Positions 30,823 through 41,158 of a stretch of DNA of 64,000 nucleotides are shown here, piece by piece. The position numbers and the translations under genes were made by a program. The stretch covers positions 1-64,000 of the forward strand of contig JAHQWL010000102.1 of assembly GCA_029856155.1 (NCBI GenBank). Direction: 5' to 3'. The notes below the pieces were generated by a model. That model was not told where the DNA came from and made no database searches. It was given only the letters and a program-made list of their open reading frames with translations. This DNA comes from Promethearchaeia archaeon. GTDB taxonomy: Archaea; Asgardarchaeota; Lokiarchaeia; Sigyniarchaeales; SOKP01. Numbering within the stretch: the stretch's first letter is position 1; each line of letters starts with the position of its first letter.

Positions 30823-31578
30823 ATGAAAAGACAAAGAATTCTAACAGTTTTTAGGATGGAAATGAAGAAGCTGATAAGAACACCGATGTATCTATTTTTC
30901 TCGCTATTTTTTGTCGCGATGCTTGTTATAATATTAGGACTAGCGCTAGGTAATGTTTATGAATGGGGGCCTGATGCATATGGAAATCCAAGAAGTATTT
31001 TTGAACATATGGTACCGGGATTATTTGCTTACTCAGGTATTATGATAATATTTACTTTCGCGTCATCTGTTACGGGAGACCGTGATAATGGAGTGCAAAG
31101 AAGAATGAAAACAACTCCGATAACCTCTGGAGAAGTAATAGTCGGTCAAATGTTATCATATACAATTATACCACTCATTCAAACCGCTATAATTTTAATA
31201 ACTGCGCTTATCATGGGTTTTAATCCAAAACTTACTATTGAGGGGGTAGTAATGGTATTTGTTTTTATGATTTTTCTGAGCTTTTGCTCGGTAGGGCTTG
31301 GATTGATTACCGCTACTATTGCAAAAGATGCTAGAGCTGCAGGTAGTTTAGCTTTCATCTTTATCGTGCCACAACAGTTGTTTGGGTCGTTCATATACAT
31401 GGGTGAGTCAATGAGAGTAATCGGAGTAGTTATGCCAAGTCAATATGTTACTGAGGGCATATACCGAATCTTCTATGGAGGTACTTTAACCGATGTATTT
31501 ATTTGGCTTGACCTATTAGTAATTGTAATTATAAGCTTTATAATATACGTTATTGGGTTAAAATTGTTTGATAGATAA
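30823..31578 (+). CDS. ABC-2 type permease
   Basis: About 6 TM segments; follows the ATPase gene. Confidence 0.85.
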   Translation: MKRQRILTVFRMEMKKLIRTPMYLFFSLFFVAMLVIILGLALGNVYEWGPDAYGNPRSIFEHMVPGLFAYSGIMIIFTFASSVTGDRDNGVQRRMKTTPITSGEVIVGQMLSYTIIPLIQTAIILITALIMGFNPKLTIEGVVMVFVFMIFLSFCSVGLGLITATIAKDARAAGSLAFIFIVPQQLFGSFIYMGESMRVIGVVMPSQYVTEGIYRIFYGGTLTDVFIWLDLLVIVIISFIIYVIGLKLFDR

Positions 31579-31619
31579 ACACCAAAGGTGTTAATTAAAT
31601 ACACAAAAAAGAAAAAAAA

Positions 31620-32555
31620 ATGGAAAATAATAGTAAAAAAATGAAAGCGGTTGTATACAAAAAATACGGCCCTCCAGATGTTCTTCAGCTCAAAGAGGTA
31701 GAAAAACCTACTCCAAAGGAAAATGAAGTACTGGTAAAAATACATGCAACAACAGTACATGTAGGTGACACGATTCTTCGAAAAGGCAAACACCCTGATT
31801 CCAAATTATTTACCGTCATGTTGCATATGATGTTAGGAATTAGAAAACCAAGAAGAAACATACTAGGAATGGAGATATCTGGGGAAATTGAAGCGATAGG
31901 TGAAGATGTTAAATTATTCAAGAAAGGTGACCAGGTTTTTGCATCTACCTTTGGGGAGAAATTAGGTGGTTATGCTGAGTACAAATGTATGCCTGAAAAT
32001 GGGATAGTGGCAATAAAACCTAACAATATGTCCTATGAGGAAGCTACCGCTGTTCCTGCTGGAGCTCCAACCGCATTGAATAATCTTAGAAAAGCGAATA
32101 TCCAAAGCGGACAGAAAGTCCTAATTTATGGCGCTTCGGGAAGTGTAGGTACTTTTGCTTTACAGCTTGCCAAGTACTTTGGTGCAGAAGTTACTGGAGT
32201 TTGCAGTACTAAAAATTTAGAATGGGTGAAGGCCCTGGGAGCCGATAAAGTAATTGATTATACTAAAGAAGATTTTACTGAAAGTGGTGAGACCTATGAT
32301 ATCATTTTTGATGCAGTAGGTAAGAGTTCATCTTCACATAGTAAGAGAGCGCTGAAGGAAAATGGAGTTTTTCGTTCGGTTTTTAGTTCCACAGGAAAGG
32401 AAAAGATAGAAGATCTAATTTTCCTTAGAGAGCTTATCGAGGCGGGGAAACTAAAGTCGATCATTGATAAAACCTACCCCATGGAACAAATTGTTGAAGC
32501 TCATAGGTATGTTGATAAAGGGCACAAAAAGGGAAATGTAGTAATTACTATTTAA
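31620..32555 (+). CDS. MDR-family NAD(P)-dependent oxidoreductase (quinone reductase-like)
   Basis: [27 protein letters not shown]. Confidence 0.9.
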   Translation: MENNSKKMKAVVYKKYGPPDVLQLKEVEKPTPKENEVLVKIHATTVHVGDTILRKGKHPDSKLFTVMLHMMLGIRKPRRNILGMEISGEIEAIGEDVKLFKKGDQVFASTFGEKLGGYAEYKCMPENGIVAIKPNNMSYEEATAVPAGAPTALNNLRKANIQSGQKVLIYGASGSVGTFALQLAKYFGAEVTGVCSTKNLEWVKALGADKVIDYTKEDFTESGETYDIIFDAVGKSSSSHSKRALKENGVFRSVFSSTGKEKIEDLIFLRELIEAGKLKSIIDKTYPMEQIVEAHRYVDKGHKKGNVVITI

Positions 32556-32563
32556 GAATCCTT

Positions 32564-33571
32564 ATGAAAGCGATTGTATGGACAAAATATGGACCACCAG
32601 ATGTTCTTCAGCTGAAAGAAGTAGAAAAACCTACTCCTAAGGACAATGAAGTACTGATAAGGATATATGCGACAACAATATCAGCAGGGGACTGTGAAAT
32701 GCGAAGCATGAAAGTCGCAATTTTGTACCGGCTCTTTATGCGATTATATATTGGTCTAAGAAAACCAAAGAGAATAACTATACTAGGGATGGAATTAGCC
32801 GGGGAAATTGAATCCGTAGGCAATGATGTAAAACGATTTAAGAAAGGAGACCAAGTTTTCGCAGCTACCGGTATTATTGGTACGGGTGCTTATGCTGAGT
32901 ACATATGTTTGCCTGAAAAACCTGAAGAAGGAGTAATGGAAATAAAACCAACCAATATGACCTATGAGGAAGCAACTGCCGTTCCTGTTGGAGGTCTTGA
33001 AGCACTGCATTTTATTAGACAAGGAAATATCCAGAGCGGAGAAAAGGTTCTGATTAATGGCGCGGGTGGAACTATAGGTACTTTTGCGGTACAACTTGCC
33101 AAGTACTTTGGGGCTGAAGTGACTGGCGTTGATAGCACGGAGAAATTGGACATGCTGCGCTCCATTGGTGCAGACCAAGTCATTGATTACACTCAAGAAG
33201 ATTTCACCAAAAGTGGTGAGACCTATGATTTTATTCTTGATGTAGTAAGCAAGAGTTCGTTTTCAGGTAGTATAAGATCCTTAAAGCAAAACGGACGCTA
33301 TCGTATAGCTAACCCTGGGCTGTCACAGATGGTTCGAGGGCGTTGGACTTCAATGACAAGCAGCAAGAAAGTGCTATTCGGGTCAGTAAAAGAAAAAACT
33401 GAAGATTTAATTTTCCTCAAAGAGCTTATTGAGGCGGGAAAGATAAAATCGGTAATAGATAGAAGCTATCCGTTAGAACAGACTGCCGAGGCCCACAGGT
33501 ATGTTGAAACAGGGCACAAAAAGGGACATGTAGTAATAACTGTGAAAAATGAATTGGAGGATTCCCTATGA
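32564..33571 (+). CDS. MDR-family NAD(P)-dependent oxidoreductase, tandem paralog
   Basis: Same motifs; visibly high DNA identity to 31620-32555. Confidence 0.9.
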   Translation: MKAIVWTKYGPPDVLQLKEVEKPTPKDNEVLIRIYATTISAGDCEMRSMKVAILYRLFMRLYIGLRKPKRITILGMELAGEIESVGNDVKRFKKGDQVFAATGIIGTGAYAEYICLPEKPEEGVMEIKPTNMTYEEATAVPVGGLEALHFIRQGNIQSGEKVLINGAGGTIGTFAVQLAKYFGAEVTGVDSTEKLDMLRSIGADQVIDYTQEDFTKSGETYDFILDVVSKSSFSGSIRSLKQNGRYRIANPGLSQMVRGRWTSMTSSKKVLFGSVKEKTEDLIFLKELIEAGKIKSVIDRSYPLEQTAEAHRYVETGHKKGHVVITVKNELEDSL

Positions 33572-34227
33572 ATGTCTTAGTGATGTTATGTGGTTTTCTC
33601 TTTCTGTTTATTATAATTACAAACCTTGCAAGTGGTATATTTGGTTATAAAACGTTCGGTGATGTGGACTCAGATGTTCAACTACAAAAGATTAACAATG
33701 ATCCAACAAAATTTAAAATTAGCGTCGTTTTAATCCTCATAGAGCACCTTAGCATAATTTCTCTTGCTGTAACGTTGTTTATTACTTTTAGTCCATATAA
33801 CATAATACTTGGAATTGTTTGGTGTATCTTTCGAATAGGAGAAGGCTTGATCCAAATTTATGATAAAAAAAACTACTGGGGACTTCTAAATATAGCAAAA
33901 CAATACCCAGATACTAATAGTGCTGAAAAAGATGCGTTAATTGATTTAGGTCGTAGCATTCTCAAAACAAAAGCCTCTAGATTCGCATTTGCACAAATCT
34001 TATTCTCCATTGGTACGCTCGCATATTCAATCCTTTTTGTTACCTATGGAGTTGTGCCAACAATTATCGGATGGTTTGGGATTGCTGCCAGCATTCTCTA
34101 TGGCTTCGGTAATGGAATATCCCGTATAAAGTCTAACTTTAAAGTCCTGTGGAACATCGGAGGTCTGTTAATTTTTATTTTTGAAGTAATCTTGGGAGGA
34201 TGGCTATTGTTTTTTCCACACATATAA
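33568..34227 (+). CDS. DUF4386-like membrane protein
   Basis: Multi-TM; VPTIIGWFG and [10 protein letters not shown] typical of DUF4386. Confidence 0.65.
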   Translation: MNVLVMLCGFLFLFIIITNLASGIFGYKTFGDVDSDVQLQKINNDPTKFKISVVLILIEHLSIISLAVTLFITFSPYNIILGIVWCIFRIGEGLIQIYDKKNYWGLLNIAKQYPDTNSAEKDALIDLGRSILKTKASRFAFAQILFSIGTLAYSILFVTYGVVPTIIGWFGIAASILYGFGNGISRIKSNFKVLWNIGGLLIFIFEVILGGWLLFFPHI

Positions 34228-34289
34228 ATATACCCTTCAAAGAAAAAGAACGCATTTCAAAATATAAAAAAAAGAATTAGAATTTTGTT

Positions 34290-36287
34290 TTATTTAAGTT
34301 TATCTTTCATTTCCATGTAGAAATTCAGGGATTCTGGGTTTCTTAGAGCGCTACGATTGGTTATTTCTATACCATGTATAATTTTAGTCACTGCAATTTC
34401 AACTTTCTTGTTACTGAAAGTGTAAGGAATTCCATCAGAGGGTGCTGCATATATTAACTTTGGCACGTGTCGTGGACTAGTTTTTTCTCTGATTGTTTGT
34501 TGTATTTTTGTTTTTAATTCATCAGTTAATTCATAAGCTTCATTTAATAGAACGAACATGACAATGCGAATATCACCTTCCCATTGTTGGCCAATTACCA
34601 GTGAGTCTGAAATTTCAGGAAGTTGTTCTACTACGTTATAAATTTCAGCTGTGCCAATTCTTACACCTGAAGGTTTTAAAACAGCATCAGAGCGTCCCCA
34701 AAAAGTAATTCCGCCTGTGTCACTGTGAATTACTATATAATCGCCGTGCCTCCATACATTTTTTCCTGTACCTTTAAAGTGACCAAAATAAGCTGCTTTG
34801 TATTTAGTCATATTATCATCATCTCCCCAGAAATATATTGGCATTGAAGGAGCGGGTGCTTCACACACAAGCTCTGCTTGCTCATCTTCAACAGGTTCTG
34901 CATTATCATTATATGATTCTACTTTCATAGCTAACGCTCGACCTTGTAATTCACCAGAATATACAGGTAAGATGGGTATGGCTCCTGCAAAGCATCCATT
35001 TATATCAGTTCCTCCGCTAATTGAATTGAAGTAAAGATCTTTTTTGATTTCTCTATACACATATTCAAATCCTTCGGGAGAGAGTGTGGATGCTGTTTGT
35101 GAGATTTCTCTAAGTGCACTTAAGTCATATTTTTCAGCAGGTTTCACTCCAAGACCCATTAAATAATGAATATAAGCAGCACTAGTGCCAAAAATCGTAA
35201 CCTTATGCTTTTCGATTAATTCGAAGAATCTTAAGGGATTTGGGTACAGTGGATTACCATCATATATAAATATTGTACACCCTACTGCTAAGCCACTAAT
35301 TAACCAATTCCACATCATCCATGAAGGTGCGGTAATGTAATTAAGAACATCGCTCCTTTTACAATCTGTAGAGAGGATTAGTTCCTTTAAATGATTAATC
35401 AATACACCACCAGTGCTTTGAACCATACATTTAGGCTTTCCTGTTGTACCACTTGAGAACATTACATAAATAGGGTGATCAAAAGGCAATTGTTCAAACT
35501 CAAGTGGAGGATCCTCATCAGGGGAGATAAAGTCTTCCCAATTCACTGCTTTAGGGATTCCACTAACATCACACTTTCCTTGAGTTACATATGATACAAC
35601 CACCACTTTTTCTATGGAAGGAATGGCATCCACTACGGCCTTTGCATTTTCCCGGATATCAAATACTTGATCTCTGTAAAAGTATCCATCAACAGTAAAG
35701 AGCACTTTAGGCTCAATCTGACTAAATCTATCAATTACAGCATTTGGTTGGAGTTCAGCTCCACATGATGCCCAAGTAGCTCCTATTACCGCTCCGGCGA
35801 GCATGGCAACTGGTGTTTCAATTAAGTTAGGAATATAAGACACGACTCGATCTCCTAATTTAACACCTGCCTCCTTGAGAGACTTTGCTAAGCGAGCTAC
35901 AATTTTATTTAATTCCGCATATGTGATTTGTTTAGATATTTTGGTCTCTCCTTGAAAGACGAAGGCTAATTGATCATCCTTATACTTTAACAGATTTTCA
36001 GCAAAGTTTAACATCGCTCCAGGAAACCATTTAGTACCTGGAAAAACGCTTAAGTCTTCGACAACTTTATCATAAGGTTTAGAAGCAATTATCTCAGAAA
36101 ATTTCCACATCGCATCCCAGAAATCTTCTATCTTCTCAACAGAAAACTTATAAAGGTCTTTTCCTCCATTCAGGTCTTGTCCATAGTTTTGATTGACATA
36201 TTTGATGAAGCGAGTGGCTTCTGCGTTTTTAATCCATTCTTCAGAGGGTTCCCATAGTTTTTTTCGCACATCATTCATTATTTTCAC
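34290..36287 (-). CDS. Acetoacetate-CoA ligase (acetoacetyl-CoA synthetase)
   Basis: WFPGAMLNFAENLL, FSSGTTGKPK, SISGGTD, GRSDAVLKPSGVRIGTAEIY. Confidence 0.9.
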   Translation of the reverse strand: MKIMNDVRKKLWEPSEEWIKNAEATRFIKYVNQNYGQDLNGGKDLYKFSVEKIEDFWDAMWKFSEIIASKPYDKVVEDLSVFPGTKWFPGAMLNFAENLLKYKDDQLAFVFQGETKISKQITYAELNKIVARLAKSLKEAGVKLGDRVVSYIPNLIETPVAMLAGAVIGATWASCGAELQPNAVIDRFSQIEPKVLFTVDGYFYRDQVFDIRENAKAVVDAIPSIEKVVVVSYVTQGKCDVSGIPKAVNWEDFISPDEDPPLEFEQLPFDHPIYVMFSSGTTGKPKCMVQSTGGVLINHLKELILSTDCKRSDVLNYITAPSWMMWNWLISGLAVGCTIFIYDGNPLYPNPLRFFELIEKHKVTIFGTSAAYIHYLMGLGVKPAEKYDLSALREISQTASTLSPEGFEYVYREIKKDLYFNSISGGTDINGCFAGAIPILPVYSGELQGRALAMKVESYNDNAEPVEDEQAELVCEAPAPSMPIYFWGDDDNMTKYKAAYFGHFKGTGKNVWRHGDYIVIHSDTGGITFWGRSDAVLKPSGVRIGTAEIYNVVEQLPEISDSLVIGQQWEGDIRIVMFVLLNEAYELTDELKTKIQQTIREKTSPRHVPKLIYAAPSDGIPYTFSNKKVEIAVTKIIHGIEITNRSALRNPESLNFYMEMKDKLK

Positions 36288-36391
36288 GACTCATATCTAA
36301 AGAAATTTACTTAGTAATTGTTTTAAATTGATTTTAATTTTAAATTATATTAATGTTTTTACATAATAATCATTATAATAAGAATAATTAG

Positions 36392-36592
36392 GTGTTGCTT
36401 ATAGACGAAAAAGATAAAACTAAAAAAAAGAAAAAGGAACAAACTGCTGAAGAAATTGCCCAAATTATGGTTGAAAATATGAAAGCAAATATGGCTAATC
36501 CGAATTTTTGGGCTGAGAAAGAAGAAAGTCTACGAAAAGCTCGGGATAAGGTTTTAAAAGAAAGAAAAGAAAGACATAAAAACGAAGAATAA
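36392..36592 (+). CDS. Small charged hypothetical protein
   Basis: 66-aa ORF filling an intergenic gap. Confidence 0.5.
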   Translation: MLLIDEKDKTKKKKKEQTAEEIAQIMVENMKANMANPNFWAEKEESLRKARDKVLKERKERHKNEE

Positions 36593-36675
36593 ATTTTCTA
36601 GTAATTTACGTAAAGAAATAATAATTACTTAATTAGATTTAAGGAGCATTCTCTCTATTAAAAAAAATTATAAAG

Positions 36676-38157
36676 TTATTTTCGTTTTTGTTTGAAATCG
36701 ACGTATTCGCATACTTTGGCTAAGGCATTTACGGGGCGATCCCATAATTTAAATAGCATTGCCCCATTTTTTCTAAGTTTCTTCGACCAAGGTGCGTTAA
36801 AATTCATTGGATTGATATACAATATTGGTATTGAGTATTTATGAGAATTTTTCATAGTTGGTTGGAGTAATTTCTGGGCTAATCTATCTACAATCTCATC
36901 TGGTTGATGTTGAAATTCAGCATGTTTTGCTATTTGATCATACTTTAAGTATTCATCCAAAACTTCTTGAAAACCAACTACACCATATTGGATTATGGCA
37001 TCGATTTCTCCTGATTTCATCAAGATTTCAGGTAGAGTAATATAAAAATAAGGAAGATCCATATCAAATGTACAATCTACAGGATTTTTAAAACTCGCTG
37101 TCGCAGGTAAAGTGCTCTTTAATTCATTTTGGAGCGAATCTGAGAATTCAGGAATAAATAAACCATGATTTTCAGCATTATTTGCAGCCATTGCTCCCGG
37201 TCCGCCTGAATTGGTTATAATACCAAGGCGTTTTCCTTTAGGTAAAATTCCTTTCGATAGAATAAAAGCAATATCTAAAAATTCTTGAACATAATCAGTT
37301 TGTATAATACCTGTTTCTTTAAAGACAGCTTCATATATATTAGAATTACCTGCAAGAGATCCAGTATGACTTTGTAAAGCACGATTACCTGCATTAGAAC
37401 CTCCTACATAGATCGCAATAATTGGTTTTTTGGGGGTGATTTCCTTTGCTAATTCTAAGAATTTCTTTCCCCTTTTTATCTCTTCAATATATAAACCAAT
37501 TATTTCAGTATACTCATCATCCTTATAGTACTCTAAACAATCTACAATATCAATATTTGCTTCATTTCCAACAGATAAAGATCTACTTAAACCTAAATCT
37601 AAATTCTCTGGATCATACCAAATATGGCAAGAAAGGGTACCTGATTGAGAAGCGATTGAAAACTTACTTCTCTTGAGATTTTCCCAAATAAAGATATTAA
37701 AGGATTTATTTTCTTCTTCTGGTCCATACCAATTATTATAAACACCCAAACAATTAGGGCCAATAAATCTTATCCCATACTCATTTGAAATATCGTTGAT
37801 TTGATCTGTAAGAGAGTTTTCACGTTCTTCTACTAATTCACGGAAACCTCCAGAAATTAAGACTATCCTTTTCACACCTTTTTCTCCGCATTCCCTAAAA
37901 ATTTGAGATACCACTTTAGCTGGAAGAACAATCACTACAAGATCAGGAATTTCTGGAACCTCTGTAATTGATTTATAGGCTTTAAATCCCATGACTGATT
38001 CCAATTTTAAGTGTATTGGATACACTTTACCATCATAGGTAGACTTAATTAAATTCATTATCTGAAGACCAGCTAAAGAATTTCCTTTATTATTAGCACC
38101 ATAAATAGCGACGCTTTCTGGGTGTAAAAATCTATGTAAGAAATGAGATTCATTCAT
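36676..38157 (-). CDS. ADP-forming acyl-CoA synthetase alpha subunit (AcdA-like)
   Basis: CoA-binding N-terminus, GPNCLG, SQSG, phospho-His SHTGSLAG, TNSGGPG, NPVD. Confidence 0.9.
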   Translation of the reverse strand: MNESHFLHRFLHPESVAIYGANNKGNSLAGLQIMNLIKSTYDGKVYPIHLKLESVMGFKAYKSITEVPEIPDLVVIVLPAKVVSQIFRECGEKGVKRIVLISGGFRELVEERENSLTDQINDISNEYGIRFIGPNCLGVYNNWYGPEEENKSFNIFIWENLKRSKFSIASQSGTLSCHIWYDPENLDLGLSRSLSVGNEANIDIVDCLEYYKDDEYTEIIGLYIEEIKRGKKFLELAKEITPKKPIIAIYVGGSNAGNRALQSHTGSLAGNSNIYEAVFKETGIIQTDYVQEFLDIAFILSKGILPKGKRLGIITNSGGPGAMAANNAENHGLFIPEFSDSLQNELKSTLPATASFKNPVDCTFDMDLPYFYITLPEILMKSGEIDAIIQYGVVGFQEVLDEYLKYDQIAKHAEFQHQPDEIVDRLAQKLLQPTMKNSHKYSIPILYINPMNFNAPWSKKLRKNGAMLFKLWDRPVNALAKVCEYVDFKQKRK

Positions 38158-38459
38158 ATATTTTCCCTTATATCAAGAAATATTTCATGATTTTAAAACC
38201 TAAATTTTTAAAGCAAAAATCATAGATGACAAATTTAATTTAGAGATTTTGTTATTTATTTCATATAATTATCCAATAATCAATGTAGATCCAAAATACT
38301 ATTACATATCTTAGAGATTCTTTTAAATGACGATGGATCAAAAATATTGAGCTTAATTTTAGGTTTTTTGTTATAATAATTTAGGCATGGCTAAATTTAA
38401 ATATAATTTTGTATTTTAATAATTTAGATAAATAAATTCTATTTTGATGGTGAAAAGTT

Positions 38460-39386
38460 ATTAAAATATTAGTCTATGGAGCAGGAGTAATAGGTAGCAT
38501 TTTTGCTTATAAACTCAAAAGTGGTGGAAATGATGTTTCAATCCTAGCGAGAGGAAAGCGTCTTGAAGATTTAAAAAAGTATGGGCTTATTATTCGAGAT
38601 GATATTTTTCATAAAGTATACAAAACAGATATTAATGTTGTAGATCGATTGAATAAGGAAGATCTTTATGATGTTGTCTTAGTAATTATGCAACGACAAC
38701 AAGTTAGTCAAATTTTACCCATTCTAAAGGAGAACATTAGCCCCATCATAATTTTTGCGGGAAACAATCCCGCAGGGGCGACTGAATATTTAAATAGTAT
38801 TGAAAAAAGTAGAATTTTACTTGGGTTTGGAGGCCCAGGAGGATATAGAGAAGATTATAAAATTATTGCAGCTTATGTAGACAATGCGATTTTATATGTT
38901 GGGGAGCTTGATGGAAAAAAAAGTGATCGATTAAACAATATTGAACACGTTTTTACAAATTCAGGAATCAAAGTTGATATTAGTGAAGATATTGATGCCT
39001 GGTTAAAAACCCATATAGCATTTATAAGTCCATTAGCCATGGGGAGCGAAGCAGCAAAAAAGCAAAATAAAACACTCGGAGCAGATATTGAACTCGCTAA
39101 ATTAGCTCTCAAAGGATTTCGAGAAAATATTAAAGCATTAAAAGAGCTTGGTATCCCTATTCTTCCTAAAAAATTTAAGTTACTTACTTGGATTCCTTTA
39201 TCTATAATAAGAAAAAAGCTTCTTAAACTTATTAATTCTGAGTTTGGGAGAATTGCCTTATCAGGACATGCTAGTGCTGCGAAAAATGAAATGAAAAGGC
39301 TTTCAGAGGATTTTCTTGAAGTCGTAAAAGATGTCAAAACTGATATGAGTTCAAATCAAAAACTCTACAAATTGAGTTTCGCTTGA
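38460..39386 (+). CDS. Ketopantoate reductase family protein; true start about 63 codons upstream of the ORF call
   Basis: In-frame extension (I)KILVYGAGVIGS...ILARG supplies the Rossmann GxGxxG; begins at ATT 38460 after a GGTGA SD-like site; WLKTH motif. Confidence 0.8.
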   Translation: MKILVYGAGVIGSIFAYKLKSGGNDVSILARGKRLEDLKKYGLIIRDDIFHKVYKTDINVVDRLNKEDLYDVVLVIMQRQQVSQILPILKENISPIIIFAGNNPAGATEYLNSIEKSRILLGFGGPGGYREDYKIIAAYVDNAILYVGELDGKKSDRLNNIEHVFTNSGIKVDISEDIDAWLKTHIAFISPLAMGSEAAKKQNKTLGADIELAKLALKGFRENIKALKELGIPILPKKFKLLTWIPLSIIRKKLLKLINSEFGRIALSGHASAAKNEMKRLSEDFLEVVKDVKTDMSSNQKLYKLSFA

Positions 39387-39461
39387 GTTTAAAACAAAAG
39401 AAATCTTAAAAGATGAACCCACGCAAAAAAGTATTTTAAAAATTTTTAATTTTAAAATTTC

Positions 39462-40715
39462 ATGGTAAAAATATTTGAAGGATTAAGGATCCTTGATTGC
39501 TCACTCTTCAAAACAAGCATTTCGCATTAAGGGGTAAAATTTATCTCGGGTCCATGGACAAGTACATTTTTTGCTGACCAAGGGGCAGAAGTAATAAAGG
39601 TAGAAATTTGAATGCAATTCGCATCCTATACTATAACCCCCACCCTTTGGGGAAGCATTTCGTCTTTTTATTCTTTATGATAAGCCTACATTTCCGTTAT
39701 TTTCTATTTTAAATAGAGGTAAGAAATCTATTTCACTCGATTTAAGAAAAGAAAAAGCAACAGAGATATTTAAAAGGTTAGTAGAAAAATCTGATGTCCT
39801 CATAGAAAATTTTGTTCAGGGGACAATGGAAAAATGGGGATTTGGATACGATACATTAAAGAGATTAACCCTAGGTTGATATACGCAAAAATTTCTGGTT
39901 ATGGAAATGATGGATTGGAAAAATATACTCAGAAAACAGCTTTTGATATAATAATTCAAGCTGAAGCTGGAATTCTCGATGCATTGGGTTTTAAGGAAGG
40001 TCCACCAAAATTACCTATAGCAGATTATACTGCAGGACATATTGCTGCAATCGGGATTAGTCAAGCACTCTATTATAGAGAAAAAACAGGGAAAGGACAA
40101 TTTATCGATATCTCAATGCATGATATAATGTTTTCTATAAATATTAGAGCTCAAGCGAAAGAATTTATTCCAAGAGCTCAACATATCGATGTGGCATCAA
40201 AATATCTACCAGTTTATAATCAATATCATTGCAAAGATGGATTAATTGTATTAACTACTTTAACAGAAAAACAATGGATTCGTCTCTGTGAGAATGTGCT
40301 AAGAAAGCCAGAACTAATAAAAGACACTCGTTTCGATAATGTTATAAAAAGATTTGATTATGTTGAGGTATTGGATAAGATTATTGAAGATTGGAGCATA
40401 AGATTCACTCGTGATGAAGCAATTAAACAATTAGAAGCAGTGAGAATCCCATGTGGTAAAACTTATCGAATAGATGAGGTATATAACCATCCAAATCTTA
40501 AAGAAAGAGGAATGCTATGTGATCAATTTGATTTCTCTAAATGGGGTGTTGAAAAAGCTACGATCCCTAATCGTTTGATAAATTTTTCTGATACTAAGGG
40601 CTCGGTTGAGAGTTCAGGACCTGAATTTGGAGCAAATAATGAGGAAATTTATTGTGATTTACTCGGTTATAATAAAGAAGACCTTAAAAGTTGGAGGCAA
40701 CAAAAGTTAATATAA
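39462..40715 (+). CDS. Family III (CaiB/BaiF) CoA-transferase split by two BHB introns, with a 1-nt deletion near 39858-39860
   Basis: Exons 39462-39504, 39538-39605, 39637-40715 give MVKIFEGLRILDCSQFISGPW...ADQGAEVIKVEPPPFGE...NRGKKSISLDL...DVLIENF...; catalytic-region AFDIIIQAEAG; 396 aa once the missing A is restored. Confidence 0.8.
39505..39537 (+). other. 33-nt BHB intron 1 of the CoA-transferase
   Basis: Central helix GCUC/GGGU, bulges AC^U and AA^A, inner helix CUU/AAG; contains an in-frame TAA; splicing gives DCSQFISGP. Confidence 0.75.
39606..39636 (+). other. 31-nt BHB intron 2 of the CoA-transferase
   Basis: Central helix GUAG/CUAU, bulges AA^A and AA^C, internal AUGC/GCAU hairpin; splicing removes a stop and a frameshift and gives IKVEPP. 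Confidence 0.75.
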
Positions 40716-40785
40716 TATAGTATATGGATTTTAATATTTAAAAAAATTATTTAAAATAATTAAAATTAAAATGGTGTATTTGTAA

Positions 40786-41082
40786 ATGAGTAAAGAAGGA
40801 GAAAAAAAAGAAAATTTCATTGAAAATTTGAATAAACAATTTACTGATTTCGTTGGAAGTGTTTTTGGTGAATCTGGAAAAGATTTTATAGAAGAAACTT
40901 CTGAAAAAATAAAAGAATTCAGTTCTGGTGCTATCGAAAAATTTATGGAATTTAGTGATGATGTAATTGAGAAACTCAACTTAAATGAAAATGAACAAGT
41001 AATTAAAGCTCGAGATAGCGTAGAAGATTTGTTAAAACAAGCAGGAATCTTAAAAGAAAGCGATGAAGAAGAGGAGTTTTAA
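40786..41082 (+). CDS. Small acidic helical hypothetical protein
   Basis: 98-aa ORF with plausible start and composition. Confidence 0.65.
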   Translation: MSKEGEKKENFIENLNKQFTDFVGSVFGESGKDFIEETSEKIKEFSSGAIEKFMEFSDDVIEKLNLNENEQVIKARDSVEDLLKQAGILKESDEEEEF

Positions 41083-41158
41083 TTCGTAATTTAGAATTTA
41101 GGATTTAAATTTTTATTATTTCTTTATTTATTTTAATGGCGAATATTTAGAAAAAAAA

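Noticed and set aside
39850-39870. Programmed -1 frameshift or a third intron in the CoA-transferase
   Set aside because: No canonical X XXY YYZ slippery heptamer, no BHB, and no surplus sequence relative to the family motif
39834-40715. ORF-track start MGIWIRYIK as the real N-terminus
   Set aside because: It is an out-of-frame read of KWGFGYDTL; the family N-terminus lies at 39462
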